Positions 8,117 to 16,407 of a stretch of 64,000 bases of DNA are shown here, one piece after another; the stretch's first letter is position 1; each line of letters begins with the position of its first letter. Below the pieces are notes generated by a model. That model was not told the origin of the DNA. It did not search any database and saw only the letters and a list, made by a program, of their open reading frames with translations. A program made the position numbers and the translations under genes. This DNA is from a virus (Duplodnaviria; Caudoviricetes): positions 3,415 through 67,414 of the IMG/VR virus record IMGVR_UViG_3300031229_000003. The stretch is one strand, 5' to 3'.

Positions 8117-9185
8117 CGAACAGCTCCATCTGCGGGTGGATGCCCCGCGCGACCGCGGCCGGGTTGAACCACAGCGCCTCGGTCCGCATCCCGCTCTCCG
8201 TGTTCGCCTCGAGCGTGCGTCGCTGCCAGCCTCGGGCCTCGTACAAGCTCTCGTAGAGCGGCGACGGGTAGCCGGAGAGCACCACCATGCCGCGCACCCT
8301 CTGAAGCGCCCTGGCGAGCCGCTCGTGATCCTGCGGCCGGTCGAACTCCAGAGCGTAGGCCTTCCGTCGCCAGCGGACCGAACGGACCTCGGCCAGGTAC
8401 GGCGGGTCCACGTAGAACATCGTCTCCGCGCTGTCGTAGCGGCGGATGATATTCAGGCCGTCGTCGCAGTCGATCGCGACGGTGCGCAGCCGCCGCGCGA
8501 CGATCTCGAGGTGGCTCGTGTCGAGGAAGTCCGCCGGCGGAGGCCGGTCCCGGACGTCGTGCTTCCAGACCCGCCAGCCGGTCTTCCACTGCGTGCGGAG
8601 ACCGCCGCGTCCCTGCCAGGCGCGCACGTAGAGACGGCGGGCGATCTCGAGCTCGTCGCCGTCGGCGACCGGCTCGCGGGCAAACTCGAACTCCCGACGC
8701 GCGAAGGGAGTCCGCTCGATGGCCCGGAGCAGGTCCAATGGTCTCTCTCGGAGCACACGGAAAAACGTCACGACGACGTCGTCGAGGTCGTTCACGAACT
8801 CGAACGTCGACGGCGGCTTGCGGAGCAGGACAGAGAGTCCCCCGCCGAACGGCTCGACGTAGCACTTGTGGGCGGGGAAGTGCGCCGCGATCCACGGTGC
8901 GAGCCGCCACTTCGACCCGAAGTAGCGAAGGGGCGGCCGGCCGGGAACCTGGGAGCTCTGGATCCGCTCGAGCCAAGTCCCGGTCGCCTTCTGCCGGTTG
9001 AGCCGGCAGTGCGTCTCCGGCTCGCCGACGAGCCGCTTGACCGCCACGCCCCATAGACAGAGCGGCTCGCCCTGCGCGCGCGGCTCGACGCGGCGGACGG
9101 CGTCGGCGATCGGGCCGGTGGCGTGGAAGCAGCAGCCCTCGCAGTCTCGGGTGAGCTGCTTGACGGTGCCCATCCAGTCCTTCAC
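8109..9185 (-). CDS. dam: DNA adenine methyltransferase (Dam/D12 class) with Cys-containing N-terminal extension
   Basis: LRYFGSKWRL, YVEPFGGGLSV, FVND, FYVDPPY. Confidence 0.92.
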   Translation of the reverse strand: MKDWMGTVKQLTRDCEGCCFHATGPIADAVRRVEPRAQGEPLCLWGVAVKRLVGEPETHCRLNRQKATGTWLERIQSSQVPGRPPLRYFGSKWRLAPWIAAHFPAHKCYVEPFGGGLSVLLRKPPSTFEFVNDLDDVVVTFFRVLRERPLDLLRAIERTPFARREFEFAREPVADGDELEIARRLYVRAWQGRGGLRTQWKTGWRVWKHDVRDRPPPADFLDTSHLEIVARRLRTVAIDCDDGLNIIRRYDSAETMFYVDPPYLAEVRSVRWRRKAYALEFDRPQDHERLARALQRVRGMVVLSGYPSPLYESLYEARGWQRRTLEANTESGMRTEALWFNPAAVARGIHPQMELFDG

Positions 9186-9191
9186 GGGAGC

Positions 9192-9662
9192 TCAGGCGAG
9201 GAGCGGGCCCGGATCACGGAATGCCTGCGGCTCGAGATGCACCAGGCGGGCGTGGAGCCGTTCGGCGACGAGCTCGCCGGCGTCCCGGCGGTGGCAGTGG
9301 CGCGCGGTCTTGCAAGCGCACATGAGGATCGGATGGAGGCCCCGCCCGAGGAAGTTTCTGATCTTCTCGACGCCGAGCTCCGGCGCGACGAGCTTGACCG
9401 GGCCGCCCTTGTAGTTTTCGTTCCCGAACTCGCGAAGGTGGAGGTAGTGGAGGTCGAACGTGCGCTCGAGCCGTGCCCTACGCCAGCGCGGGTCGCGGCT
9501 CGTCGGCTTGTAGCGGATGTCGACGAGCAAGCCGCGGGTGCGCGCGATCGCCTCTCGGATCTCGGCGTCGGACCAGCCGGCCCCGTAGCCGAGGGTGTAG
9601 ATCGTGGGGCGATCGGTGGTGAAGGGCTCGTCGTCGCGGTCGTCGGGCATCGGTGTCTCCAT
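9192..9662 (-). CDS. DUF488-family protein
   Basis: TIYTLGY, LVDIRYKP, LREFGN, LMCAC...CHRR. Confidence 0.8.
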   Translation of the reverse strand: METPMPDDRDDEPFTTDRPTIYTLGYGAGWSDAEIREAIARTRGLLVDIRYKPTSRDPRWRRARLERTFDLHYLHLREFGNENYKGGPVKLVAPELGVEKIRNFLGRGLHPILMCACKTARHCHRRDAGELVAERLHARLVHLEPQAFRDPGPLLA

Positions 9663-9680
9663 AAGGGAAGTATATATCTT
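9663..9680 (-). promoter_or_regulatory. early promoter copy 4 (-10 only), probably leaderless
   Basis: GATATATACT-TCCCTT-ATG; no recognisable -35. Confidence 0.5.
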
Positions 9681-9683
9681 TGG

Positions 9684-10436
9684 TCAGGGAGCCGCACGGT
9701 AGCGGAGGACCTCGGCGCGGTAGTCCCACCCGCCGACCGGGACCTGGTGGGCCATCTCGAGGATGCGGCTGATGAGCGGGGCCGCGAGCCGGCTGTGGAG
9801 CGAGGCCGGCACGTCGCGCTCGAAGCGGTAGTTGCTCGTGAAGATCGTCGGCAGCCGCTGCGTGTAGCGGGTGTTGATGACCCGGTAGAGCGTCTCGACC
9901 GTGTGGTCGGTCGGCTTCTGCGCGCCGAGCTCGTCGAGGACCAGCACGCGCACTCGCAGGAGGGGCGAGATGACCTCCTCCGTCCGTTCGTCCGAGCCTT
10001 GGGCGTAGGTGGAACGCACGCGGGCGAGAAAGTCGGTGAAGTCGACGAACCGCCCCGTCACCGCGTAGTCGGTCACCACGGCGCGCAGGACCGCCGTGGC
10101 CAGGTGGGTCTTGCCACCGCCCGGCGGACCGACGTAGACGAGCCCGCTCGTGCGCAGCTCACCCGTCCGGTCGTCGAGGAAGTGGTCGAGGTAGCGGCGA
10201 CTGACCGCCTTCGCGCTGAGAAGCGTCGCGGCGACGTCGGCGTCCTGGTGGTCGGTCCGAAAGCCGTCCAACGAGGCCATCGCGTACTTGGGCGGGATGG
10301 CGAGAGACGCCAGAAGCGCCCGGCGCCGGACGTCGAACGAGCAAGGGCAGCGCCTGGCGCTGCCGGCTCCCCGGTCGCGATCGACGATCCAACCGCGGCC
10401 GTCGCAGCGGTCGCACTCGCCAGCGCCAGGCATCAC
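9684..10436 (-). CDS. dnaC: DnaC/IstB-like helicase loader ATPase
   Basis: N-terminal CDRC...CPC, Walker A GPPGGGKT, Walker B LVLDELG, IFTSN. Confidence 0.9.
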   Translation of the reverse strand: MMPGAGECDRCDGRGWIVDRDRGAGSARRCPCSFDVRRRALLASLAIPPKYAMASLDGFRTDHQDADVAATLLSAKAVSRRYLDHFLDDRTGELRTSGLVYVGPPGGGKTHLATAVLRAVVTDYAVTGRFVDFTDFLARVRSTYAQGSDERTEEVISPLLRVRVLVLDELGAQKPTDHTVETLYRVINTRYTQRLPTIFTSNYRFERDVPASLHSRLAAPLISRILEMAHQVPVGGWDYRAEVLRYRAAP

Positions 10437-10810
10437 GCGATGCGCGGAGCCTGGCAGACGACGTCGACGGTTGGAGCGGCGCCGCCGCCGAAGCGGAACG
10501 ACTGGCCGGGGAAAAGCCCTCGGATGGCTTCGACCTCGTCCGGCCCGAGGCCATCACGATTCGCCTCGAGAAACTCCTCGAGGTCGTCGATCAGCGCCGG
10601 CGCGCAGTCGTCGACGACGAGCTCGTAGCGGAGCGGACCGCCATAGCGCAGCGAGACGTCGAACCACGGTGGTGTCAGTGCCTCGCCCAGGGCGTCCCGT
10701 GCGGTCGAGTGTTCGACCGCGCAACGGACAGATCTCTCGAGCTGCTGCTGTCGCGGCTCGGGGAGGAAGGTCGACGTGACGGTGACCAAAACCATGTAGC
10801 TGCGCTCCAT
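10433..10810 (-). CDS. hypothetical protein
   Basis: MERSYMV start coupled to the upstream stop. Confidence 0.55.
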   Translation of the reverse strand: MERSYMVLVTVTSTFLPEPRQQQLERSVRCAVEHSTARDALGEALTPPWFDVSLRYGGPLRYELVVDDCAPALIDDLEEFLEANRDGLGPDEVEAIRGLFPGQSFRFGGGAAPTVDVVCQAPRIA

Positions 10811-11079
10811 CAGGTGTCTCCTTCCGGCGTGCGGACCTCGAGGATCGTGGCCTCGCCGGCGCGCTCGGCGTCGGGGAGCGGCCGGAACCGCCCGCGCTCG
10901 AGGTCGCGGACCAGACGTCGGGCTCCCTCCCGGAGCAGCTCCGAGCGTGTCCAGACCTTCGGCCGGCCCTTCCAGTCGGCCTTCTGGACCAGCGCGAGCA
11001 CGGCGTCGATCCGCTCGACCAGAGCCTCCGGAACGACGACGAGCACGCGGGTCGACTTCTCGAACTTCTGGGTCGCCAT
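10810..11079 (-). CDS. ribbon-helix-helix (CopG-like) regulator
   Basis: RVLVVVPEALVERID...TRSELLREGARR. Confidence 0.7.
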   Translation of the reverse strand: MATQKFEKSTRVLVVVPEALVERIDAVLALVQKADWKGRPKVWTRSELLREGARRLVRDLERGRFRPLPDAERAGEATILEVRTPEGDT

Positions 11080-11085
11080 CGACGG

Positions 11086-12285
11086 CTACCTCCACGTCAT
11101 GATGAGTTGAAGGGGTTGAAGATCGTAGGGCTGAGGGACCGCGCCGGTGGGCCGAAAGACGATCGCGTCGAGGACCTTCTCGGGCTCCGGCCCGAGCTTG
11201 CTCGGCCTGAGCTCCAGAAGCACCGTCGTCGCCGGCGCGAAGGACTCCGCCGCCTCCAGCACATAGCGCGGGTTGATGTTGAACGCGACCGCCTCCTCGG
11301 GCTCGCTCAGGAACTCGATCGCGTCCTCGTAGACGGGGTCGCCTCGCCTGCGCCAGCCGCTGATCGTCACGGTCGGCTGGTTCGGGGTGAAGGTGAACGA
11401 GACGACGTGGGCCATGACCTCGAGAGCCGCGGCTTTCATCGAGTCGACGAGCGCAGCACGATCGACGGAGAGCGCCAGCGGGTAGTCGTGCGTGACGAGC
11501 CGTCGCCAATCGGGGAACGTTCGGTCGTCGCTACGATGGGCGAACCTCCGGCCGTCGACGACGAGCCCGACGATCTCCTCGTCCGGCGACCAGCGCAGCT
11601 CCGTCTCGATGCCGCTCAGACCCTCGAAGCCCGCGATCTCGCGGAGGATCCTCCCGTGGACGTTCGCCTCGCCCTCGCCGGGAAGCCAGGCCGCCGCCCG
11701 ATCGGACTCCCGCGGAATCGCCAGGCGACAGTGAGCGAGCCGGTGGCCGTCGGTCGCGCAGACGTCGAGCGTCGTCAGCTTTTGGTCACGCCGATGCTCG
11801 AAGTGGGCGCTCTGCAGCTGGAAGCGGCTCTCCTCGAAACTCACCGCCGTGACGACGCGCACGGCGATCTCACGAAGGACGTCGAGCGGCAGGTGAGCGT
11901 AGACGGCGCTCGGAAGGGAGAGCTCCGCCACGGGATCCCCGCCGAGCCGGCCGGACAGAACCACTGACCGCTCGCTCGTCTTGAGCCGCACGGTGTGTGA
12001 ACGCTTCCGCGGGTCGTCGCTCGTCTCGACGACGAGCGTGAACTCGCCCTGGGGCATCGCCTTCACGCCGCGGCGTAGCTCGTCGATGTCGATCGTCAGG
12101 GTGCCCGTCCGAAGGACGCGGCTCGGGAGAAGCGGCAGGTGGGCGCTCCGCTTGACTGCGGAGCCGCGAAGCGACAGGCCCGAGCCGTCGGCCCGGAGCT
12201 CGATCTTCGTCGTCTCCCTGCCGAGCCACTTCGCCGCGAGCTCGAGCTCCTCGAGGAGGAACTTTTTCGAGACGGCGACGATCAT
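11086..12285 (-). CDS. dnaN: DNA polymerase III beta sliding clamp homolog
   Basis: ATDGHRLA, FPDWRRLV, FNINPRYVLEA; about 400 aa. Confidence 0.88.
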   Translation of the reverse strand: MIVAVSKKFLLEELELAAKWLGRETTKIELRADGSGLSLRGSAVKRSAHLPLLPSRVLRTGTLTIDIDELRRGVKAMPQGEFTLVVETSDDPRKRSHTVRLKTSERSVVLSGRLGGDPVAELSLPSAVYAHLPLDVLREIAVRVVTAVSFEESRFQLQSAHFEHRRDQKLTTLDVCATDGHRLAHCRLAIPRESDRAAAWLPGEGEANVHGRILREIAGFEGLSGIETELRWSPDEEIVGLVVDGRRFAHRSDDRTFPDWRRLVTHDYPLALSVDRAALVDSMKAAALEVMAHVVSFTFTPNQPTVTISGWRRRGDPVYEDAIEFLSEPEEAVAFNINPRYVLEAAESFAPATTVLLELRPSKLGPEPEKVLDAIVFRPTGAVPQPYDLQPLQLIMTWR

Positions 12286-12449
12286 CGCCGGGCCAACCTG
12301 CTCATCGCGGCGACGTCACCGCAACGCCGGCAGACCTCGGAAACGCCGTCCCGCGTTGGATGGTAGCGGTGTCCGAGCCGGCGACAGCGCGCCTTCTGCC
12401 ACCAGCGCTTCAGACGACGGACAACGGGGGTGGGGTGCGGATCGGCCAT
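12282..12449 (-). CDS. small DUF1660-like Cys/His protein (55 aa)
   Basis: Manual translation MADPHPTPVVRRLKRWWQKARCRRLGHRYH...CRRCG; GGAGG RBS; ATGA overlap with the clamp gene. Confidence 0.6.
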   Translation of the reverse strand: MADPHPTPVVRRLKRWWQKARCRRLGHRYHPTRDGVSEVCRRCGDVAAMSRLARR

Positions 12450-12498
12450 GTGCGGTGGCCCTCCATCGGTTCGGGGTTCTGGGGTTCCAGCCTCACAA

Positions 12499-12531
12499 GA
12501 GAAGTATATACGATAGTCGGCCCGGGATCAA
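12499..12531 (-). promoter_or_regulatory. early promoter copy 5 (TTGATC-17-TATACT)
   Basis: -10 at 12503-12508, -35 at 12526-12531. Confidence 0.75.
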
Positions 12532-12595
12532 GGGAGGGCGGTCCGCCGGCCGGGATCGAGGGCGCAGCTCGGCCACCGACCGGCGGAACGTCTCC

Positions 12596-12994
12596 TCAGG
12601 CGCGTTCGGGTCCCTGCGCCGGCAGCGCCCGGGCGAGACGTTCCTCGCGCGGCGGCGCCGCTCGGCGCAGGTTCTCGCGGGCGGCTTCGTGCTCCGCGGC
12701 GGCCTCCCTTCGGTCGCGGATCTGGCGCATCGGCTCCTGGAGCCGCGCGACGCTGAAGCTCGCCGTCGAGACACCCGCGGTCGACAGCGCGACCAGCAGG
12801 TACTCGCCGTAGGTGCCACCGTCCGGGTTGATGAACCAGCCGATCGTGTAGAGCGCGATCGCCACGAGAGACGTCAGGCAGGGCGAGAGTCCCTTCGGGA
12901 TGCGGTAGATCTTGATCAGCTCGGTGATCGCTGGCGCGGCGGCCGTCGCGAAGACGGTGCCGAGGACGAACATGGGATCGCTCGTGATCGTCAT
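12596..12994 (-). CDS. holin-like membrane protein
   Basis: Three hydrophobic segments and a charged helical C-terminus. Confidence 0.55.
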   Translation of the reverse strand: MTITSDPMFVLGTVFATAAAPAITELIKIYRIPKGLSPCLTSLVAIALYTIGWFINPDGGTYGEYLLVALSTAGVSTASFSVARLQEPMRQIRDRREAAAEHEAARENLRRAAPPREERLARALPAQGPERA

Positions 12995-13009
12995 GGGGGG
13001 TCCCCTTCG

Positions 13010-13438
13010 CTACTCGAAGATGACCGTCCCGGTCACCGTCGTGCAGCTTCGGTTCGCCTGGTCGTTCTCGCGGGCGCAGCCGCAGGCCGTGGACGACCAG
13101 GACTTTTGCGTCGGCAGGGACGTCACACCGCGCCAGACGACGACGCCGCTCTGCGCCTCGGAGCTCGCGGGCGAGCCGCCGACGAAGGACCAAGAGAAGC
13201 GGGCGGCGCCGGCGGCCGTCACCGCGTACGAGGCGGCACAGTCGCCCGCCACGCAGCCGTCCGGGTCGACGATGGCGTTGACGACGTCGGGCCGCTCGTC
13301 CTCCGGCGCCGTCGTGACACACGGCGTCGGCGGGCCCGGCGCGGTCGGCGGGGGCAGCTGGTCGCCCTCGTCGGTGTAGGAGCAGCCGGTCCAGCAGCCG
13401 GCGAGCAGCAGGGCCAGTACGGCGAGCGTGCGCTTCAT
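13010..13438 (-). CDS. putative lipoprotein with a Cys-rich, PKD-like beta domain
   Basis: MKRTLAVLALLLAGC lipobox; Pro-rich linker; RFSWSF. Confidence 0.7.
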   Translation of the reverse strand: MKRTLAVLALLLAGCWTGCSYTDEGDQLPPPTAPGPPTPCVTTAPEDERPDVVNAIVDPDGCVAGDCAASYAVTAAGAARFSWSFVGGSPASSEAQSGVVVWRGVTSLPTQKSWSSTACGCARENDQANRSCTTVTGTVIFE

Positions 13439-14100
13439 GGACGGGATCTCCTCGTCAGGTAGTTGTTGAGGGCCATCTGCGCCCGGATGGCGCCATCGTA
13501 CATCGACACCGGCATGCCGGCGGCCTCGAACTCGGAGACGACTTCGTCGAGCTCCTCGAGCGCGCGCCGCATCGCAGCTTCGGCCGCGGGGTCGGGCCGG
13601 ACTTCGATGATCGGCTCGGCGGTCTGAAGGATGATCGCGTCCTCCAGCGGCGGCGCCGATCGCTCGACGACCCGGACCGGAACCAGCGTGCCGCGGACGG
13701 CCGCGTAGAGAAGCGACAGGTAGGGGTCGGGGATCTCGTTGTTCGCCTTCCACTGTTGGGCGAACACGCCGGGTCCGTCGATCGCCGCGGCCGACGTGAT
13801 CGTCAGGATCGTGCCGAAGTCGATCGCGTCCTGGACCTGACGCGCGTCGGCGGCGCCGAACCGGACCAGCGTGCGAGCGTTGCGCAGCTCCGACCACATC
13901 TCGACCTGCTGCTCGAGGCTGCCGGCCGCGGCCGGCGCCGGCGAGGTCAGGACCACGCCGCGGTCGGCCGCGACCGACTGCGCGCCGACCGCTCGGCGCG
14001 CGCCGGACATGACCCGGCCGCCGATCGACTCGGAGTTGATCGTGCCGCCGCTGCAGGCCAGGGTGACGACCGCGAGAGCCGCCAGGGTGAACCTCCGCAT
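13435..14100 (-). CDS. putative lipoprotein
   Basis: MRRFTLAALAVVTLAC lipobox-type signal; AAAGGAGG RBS. Confidence 0.7.
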   Translation of the reverse strand: MRRFTLAALAVVTLACSGGTINSESIGGRVMSGARRAVGAQSVAADRGVVLTSPAPAAAGSLEQQVEMWSELRNARTLVRFGAADARQVQDAIDFGTILTITSAAAIDGPGVFAQQWKANNEIPDPYLSLLYAAVRGTLVPVRVVERSAPPLEDAIILQTAEPIIEVRPDPAAEAAMRRALEELDEVVSEFEAAGMPVSMYDGAIRAQMALNNYLTRRSRP

Positions 14101-14127
14101 GGGATGCCTCCTTTCGGGTGGCTGAGT

Positions 14128-15180
14128 CTAGCGCGTTTCCGCGTCGGCGACGACGAGGCGCACGGAGACGCCTTCGCCGGCGGCGAGCGCGATGGCTTCT
14201 CGGAACCGCATGACCAGGTGCAGGAACGAGGGGTTGGGCGCCGCGAGGACCAGCGAGCTCGGTGTCTCCTCGACGACGTCGAGCGGCCGGAGCCACGCTG
14301 CGACCTCCTCGACCCCGAGCCTAGCCTGGAGCCGCTCGAGGATCTCGGACCAGAGTACGGACTCCGTGGCGGCCGCCACCGGCTCGACAGGTGTCGCCGC
14401 GGCGGTGAGCTTCTGGTGAGCCGCCCACTGCTCGGCTACCACACCGCGGAAGTAGGCGAGACGCTGCGGCCGACGTCCACGACGGCTCGCGACCTCGGAC
14501 ATGGCGGTGACGACGATCTCGAGCGGGATGCCCTGGGCGTACCACTCGAGGATGATCTCACCCTCCGTCGGACTGAGGGTACGCGCGGTCGAGAGAACGG
14601 TCAGAAAGGCCTCCTCGACGGCCAGCGCGTAAGCCTCCCGCTCCACGTCGCGGGGAACGCTCCGCGGCACCACGACCCGGCCGCGGGTGGGTATCGGCGG
14701 GAGCAACGACGGCAGCCACGGCAGGTGCGGAAAGCGCAGCCAGAGGTCGACGCCACAGCGCGGGCAGAGCCGGAGCCATCCGTCCCCGAGGTCGACCTTC
14801 TGGCCGCGGGCCCGGCATTCGGGGCAGCCGTGCTGCTTGAGCGAGCCCAGGTGCGCCGCGGCGACCTTCTCGATCGACTCCCGGTAGACCGTCCGCCCGC
14901 GCGGGTTGTAGAGGCCGAAGTGGTCGCCGACAAACTTCGGCCGCTTGGTCTTCCCGCCGGCCTGGAGGCTGTTCCAGGCGCTACGGAACCGTTTCGCGGG
15001 CCAGGTCGTGAGCCGGGCCAGCCGTTGGAGAGCCTCGACGTCGTCCGGCAGCACGCAGTGCTCGCTCCAATGGACGAACAGGAGCTCGTAGTAGACGAGC
15101 CGAGGCTCTGGTGCCATCGCCTTCGTCGCGTCGAGAAGCGAGGTCACCCACAGCGGCATGTAGGGCAAGAGCCCGGACAC
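14128..15180 (-). CDS. replication initiator: DUF1376-like N-terminus, zinc ribbon, C-terminal DnaA N-terminal-like domain
   Basis: LPYMPLWVTSLL...YYELLFVHW; CPEC/CPRC; WSEILERLQARLG...WLRPL...LVLAAPN. Confidence 0.75.
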   Translation of the reverse strand: MSGLLPYMPLWVTSLLDATKAMAPEPRLVYYELLFVHWSEHCVLPDDVEALQRLARLTTWPAKRFRSAWNSLQAGGKTKRPKFVGDHFGLYNPRGRTVYRESIEKVAAAHLGSLKQHGCPECRARGQKVDLGDGWLRLCPRCGVDLWLRFPHLPWLPSLLPPIPTRGRVVVPRSVPRDVEREAYALAVEEAFLTVLSTARTLSPTEGEIILEWYAQGIPLEIVVTAMSEVASRRGRRPQRLAYFRGVVAEQWAAHQKLTAAATPVEPVAAATESVLWSEILERLQARLGVEEVAAWLRPLDVVEETPSSLVLAAPNPSFLHLVMRFREAIALAAGEGVSVRLVVADAETR

Positions 15181-15200
15181 GGTCGCGACGCGGCTCGGGT

Positions 15201-16379
15201 CTACGCGAGGCTTCGCTGCGCGGGCTCATCCTTCTTGGCCTTCTTCTTCGGCAGCCGGTCGACCGCGTCCCTGGCCTTGTCGAAGTCCTCGATCGGCAGG
15301 AACTTGACCTGGGCGATCTCGCCCTGTCCGATCGACTCGAGGAGCTCGTACTCGGACGCGCCACGCTTCTCCAGCATCGCCTGCAGCGCCTCGACCTGGT
15401 CGGGCGAGATCGTCTCCCACGGCGGCTGACCCTCGGCGACCGGCGTGTCGGCCGGTGAGGTTTCGCCGTCCCCGGTCGCCTCGGTCGCCTCGGCCTGTGG
15501 TTTGCCGCCGTCCGTCCGGAGCTCGTGGACGACCTCGTCGGTGCGCGTCGGACCGAAGGCCGAGCCGACCTGATGGATGCCCGCCGGAGCCTCTCCGAGA
15601 TCCTCTGCCTCCGGCAGCAGGACGCCGGTGATCACCCGGTAGAGGTCGCGCAGGGCCTTGCGCTTGGCCTTCCCCTCCGAGGCCTCGACCGCGACGACGT
15701 TTCGACGGTTGACCCGGACCGAGTAGACGCCGTGGAACCTTCGGTTCGGAAATTCTTTCTCCGGGTCGGCCGGGTCCTTCTCCGGGTCGTCGTGGAGCCG
15801 GTACTGGATGCGTACCGGGCACTTGAGGTAGCCACCGTTGTCCCAGAGCTCCTTCGGTAGCGGTGGAACGTCGACCTCGATCGTGTACTTGGCGAGGGCG
15901 GCCACCAGACCCTCGAAGCCTTCCTTGCGCGGGTACATCGTCGACGCGATGATGTTCCACGCGTTGCCGATCAGCGGCAGGCCGTGAAGCCACGCCTCGC
16001 AGGCGCACTCGAGGACCACCGCCTTCGGATAGGCCGGCCCGTCATAGCCGCCCTTGCCCGGATGCTTGTCGGTGTCGAACCCGATCGCCGTGTTCATCAG
16101 CGGCATGATCACCGCGTCGAGGATCGGACCCTTCAGAGCCTCCCGTAGGCGTACGAGCGCCGTCGACGAGAGGATCGTCCGTTCCGGCACGGTCAGGTCG
16201 GGACTCTGCAGCGCTCCGAAGAAATGATCGTGGGCCTCCTGCAGGGCGACCATCGTCTCCGGGGGGACGACCTTCTCGAGGAACGTGCGTCGGTCCGTCT
16301 TCGTGAGGCTGGCTCTCGTCGCCGGCAATGTCTCGGCGGCGGTCGGCTCGGCGGTGGCGGTCGTCGGTTCGTCGGTCAT
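15201..16379 (-). CDS. putative single-strand annealing protein (RecT-like recombinase)
   Basis: Directly downstream of YqaJ exonuclease; HGLPLIGNAWNIIASTMYPRKEG resembles the RecT core; acidic tail. Confidence 0.55.
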   Translation of the reverse strand: MTDEPTTATAEPTAAETLPATRASLTKTDRRTFLEKVVPPETMVALQEAHDHFFGALQSPDLTVPERTILSSTALVRLREALKGPILDAVIMPLMNTAIGFDTDKHPGKGGYDGPAYPKAVVLECACEAWLHGLPLIGNAWNIIASTMYPRKEGFEGLVAALAKYTIEVDVPPLPKELWDNGGYLKCPVRIQYRLHDDPEKDPADPEKEFPNRRFHGVYSVRVNRRNVVAVEASEGKAKRKALRDLYRVITGVLLPEAEDLGEAPAGIHQVGSAFGPTRTDEVVHELRTDGGKPQAEATEATGDGETSPADTPVAEGQPPWETISPDQVEALQAMLEKRGASEYELLESIGQGEIAQVKFLPIEDFDKARDAVDRLPKKKAKKDEPAQRSLA

Positions 16380-16407
16380 CGGTCACTGCTCCTTTCGGGT
16401 TCTGGTT

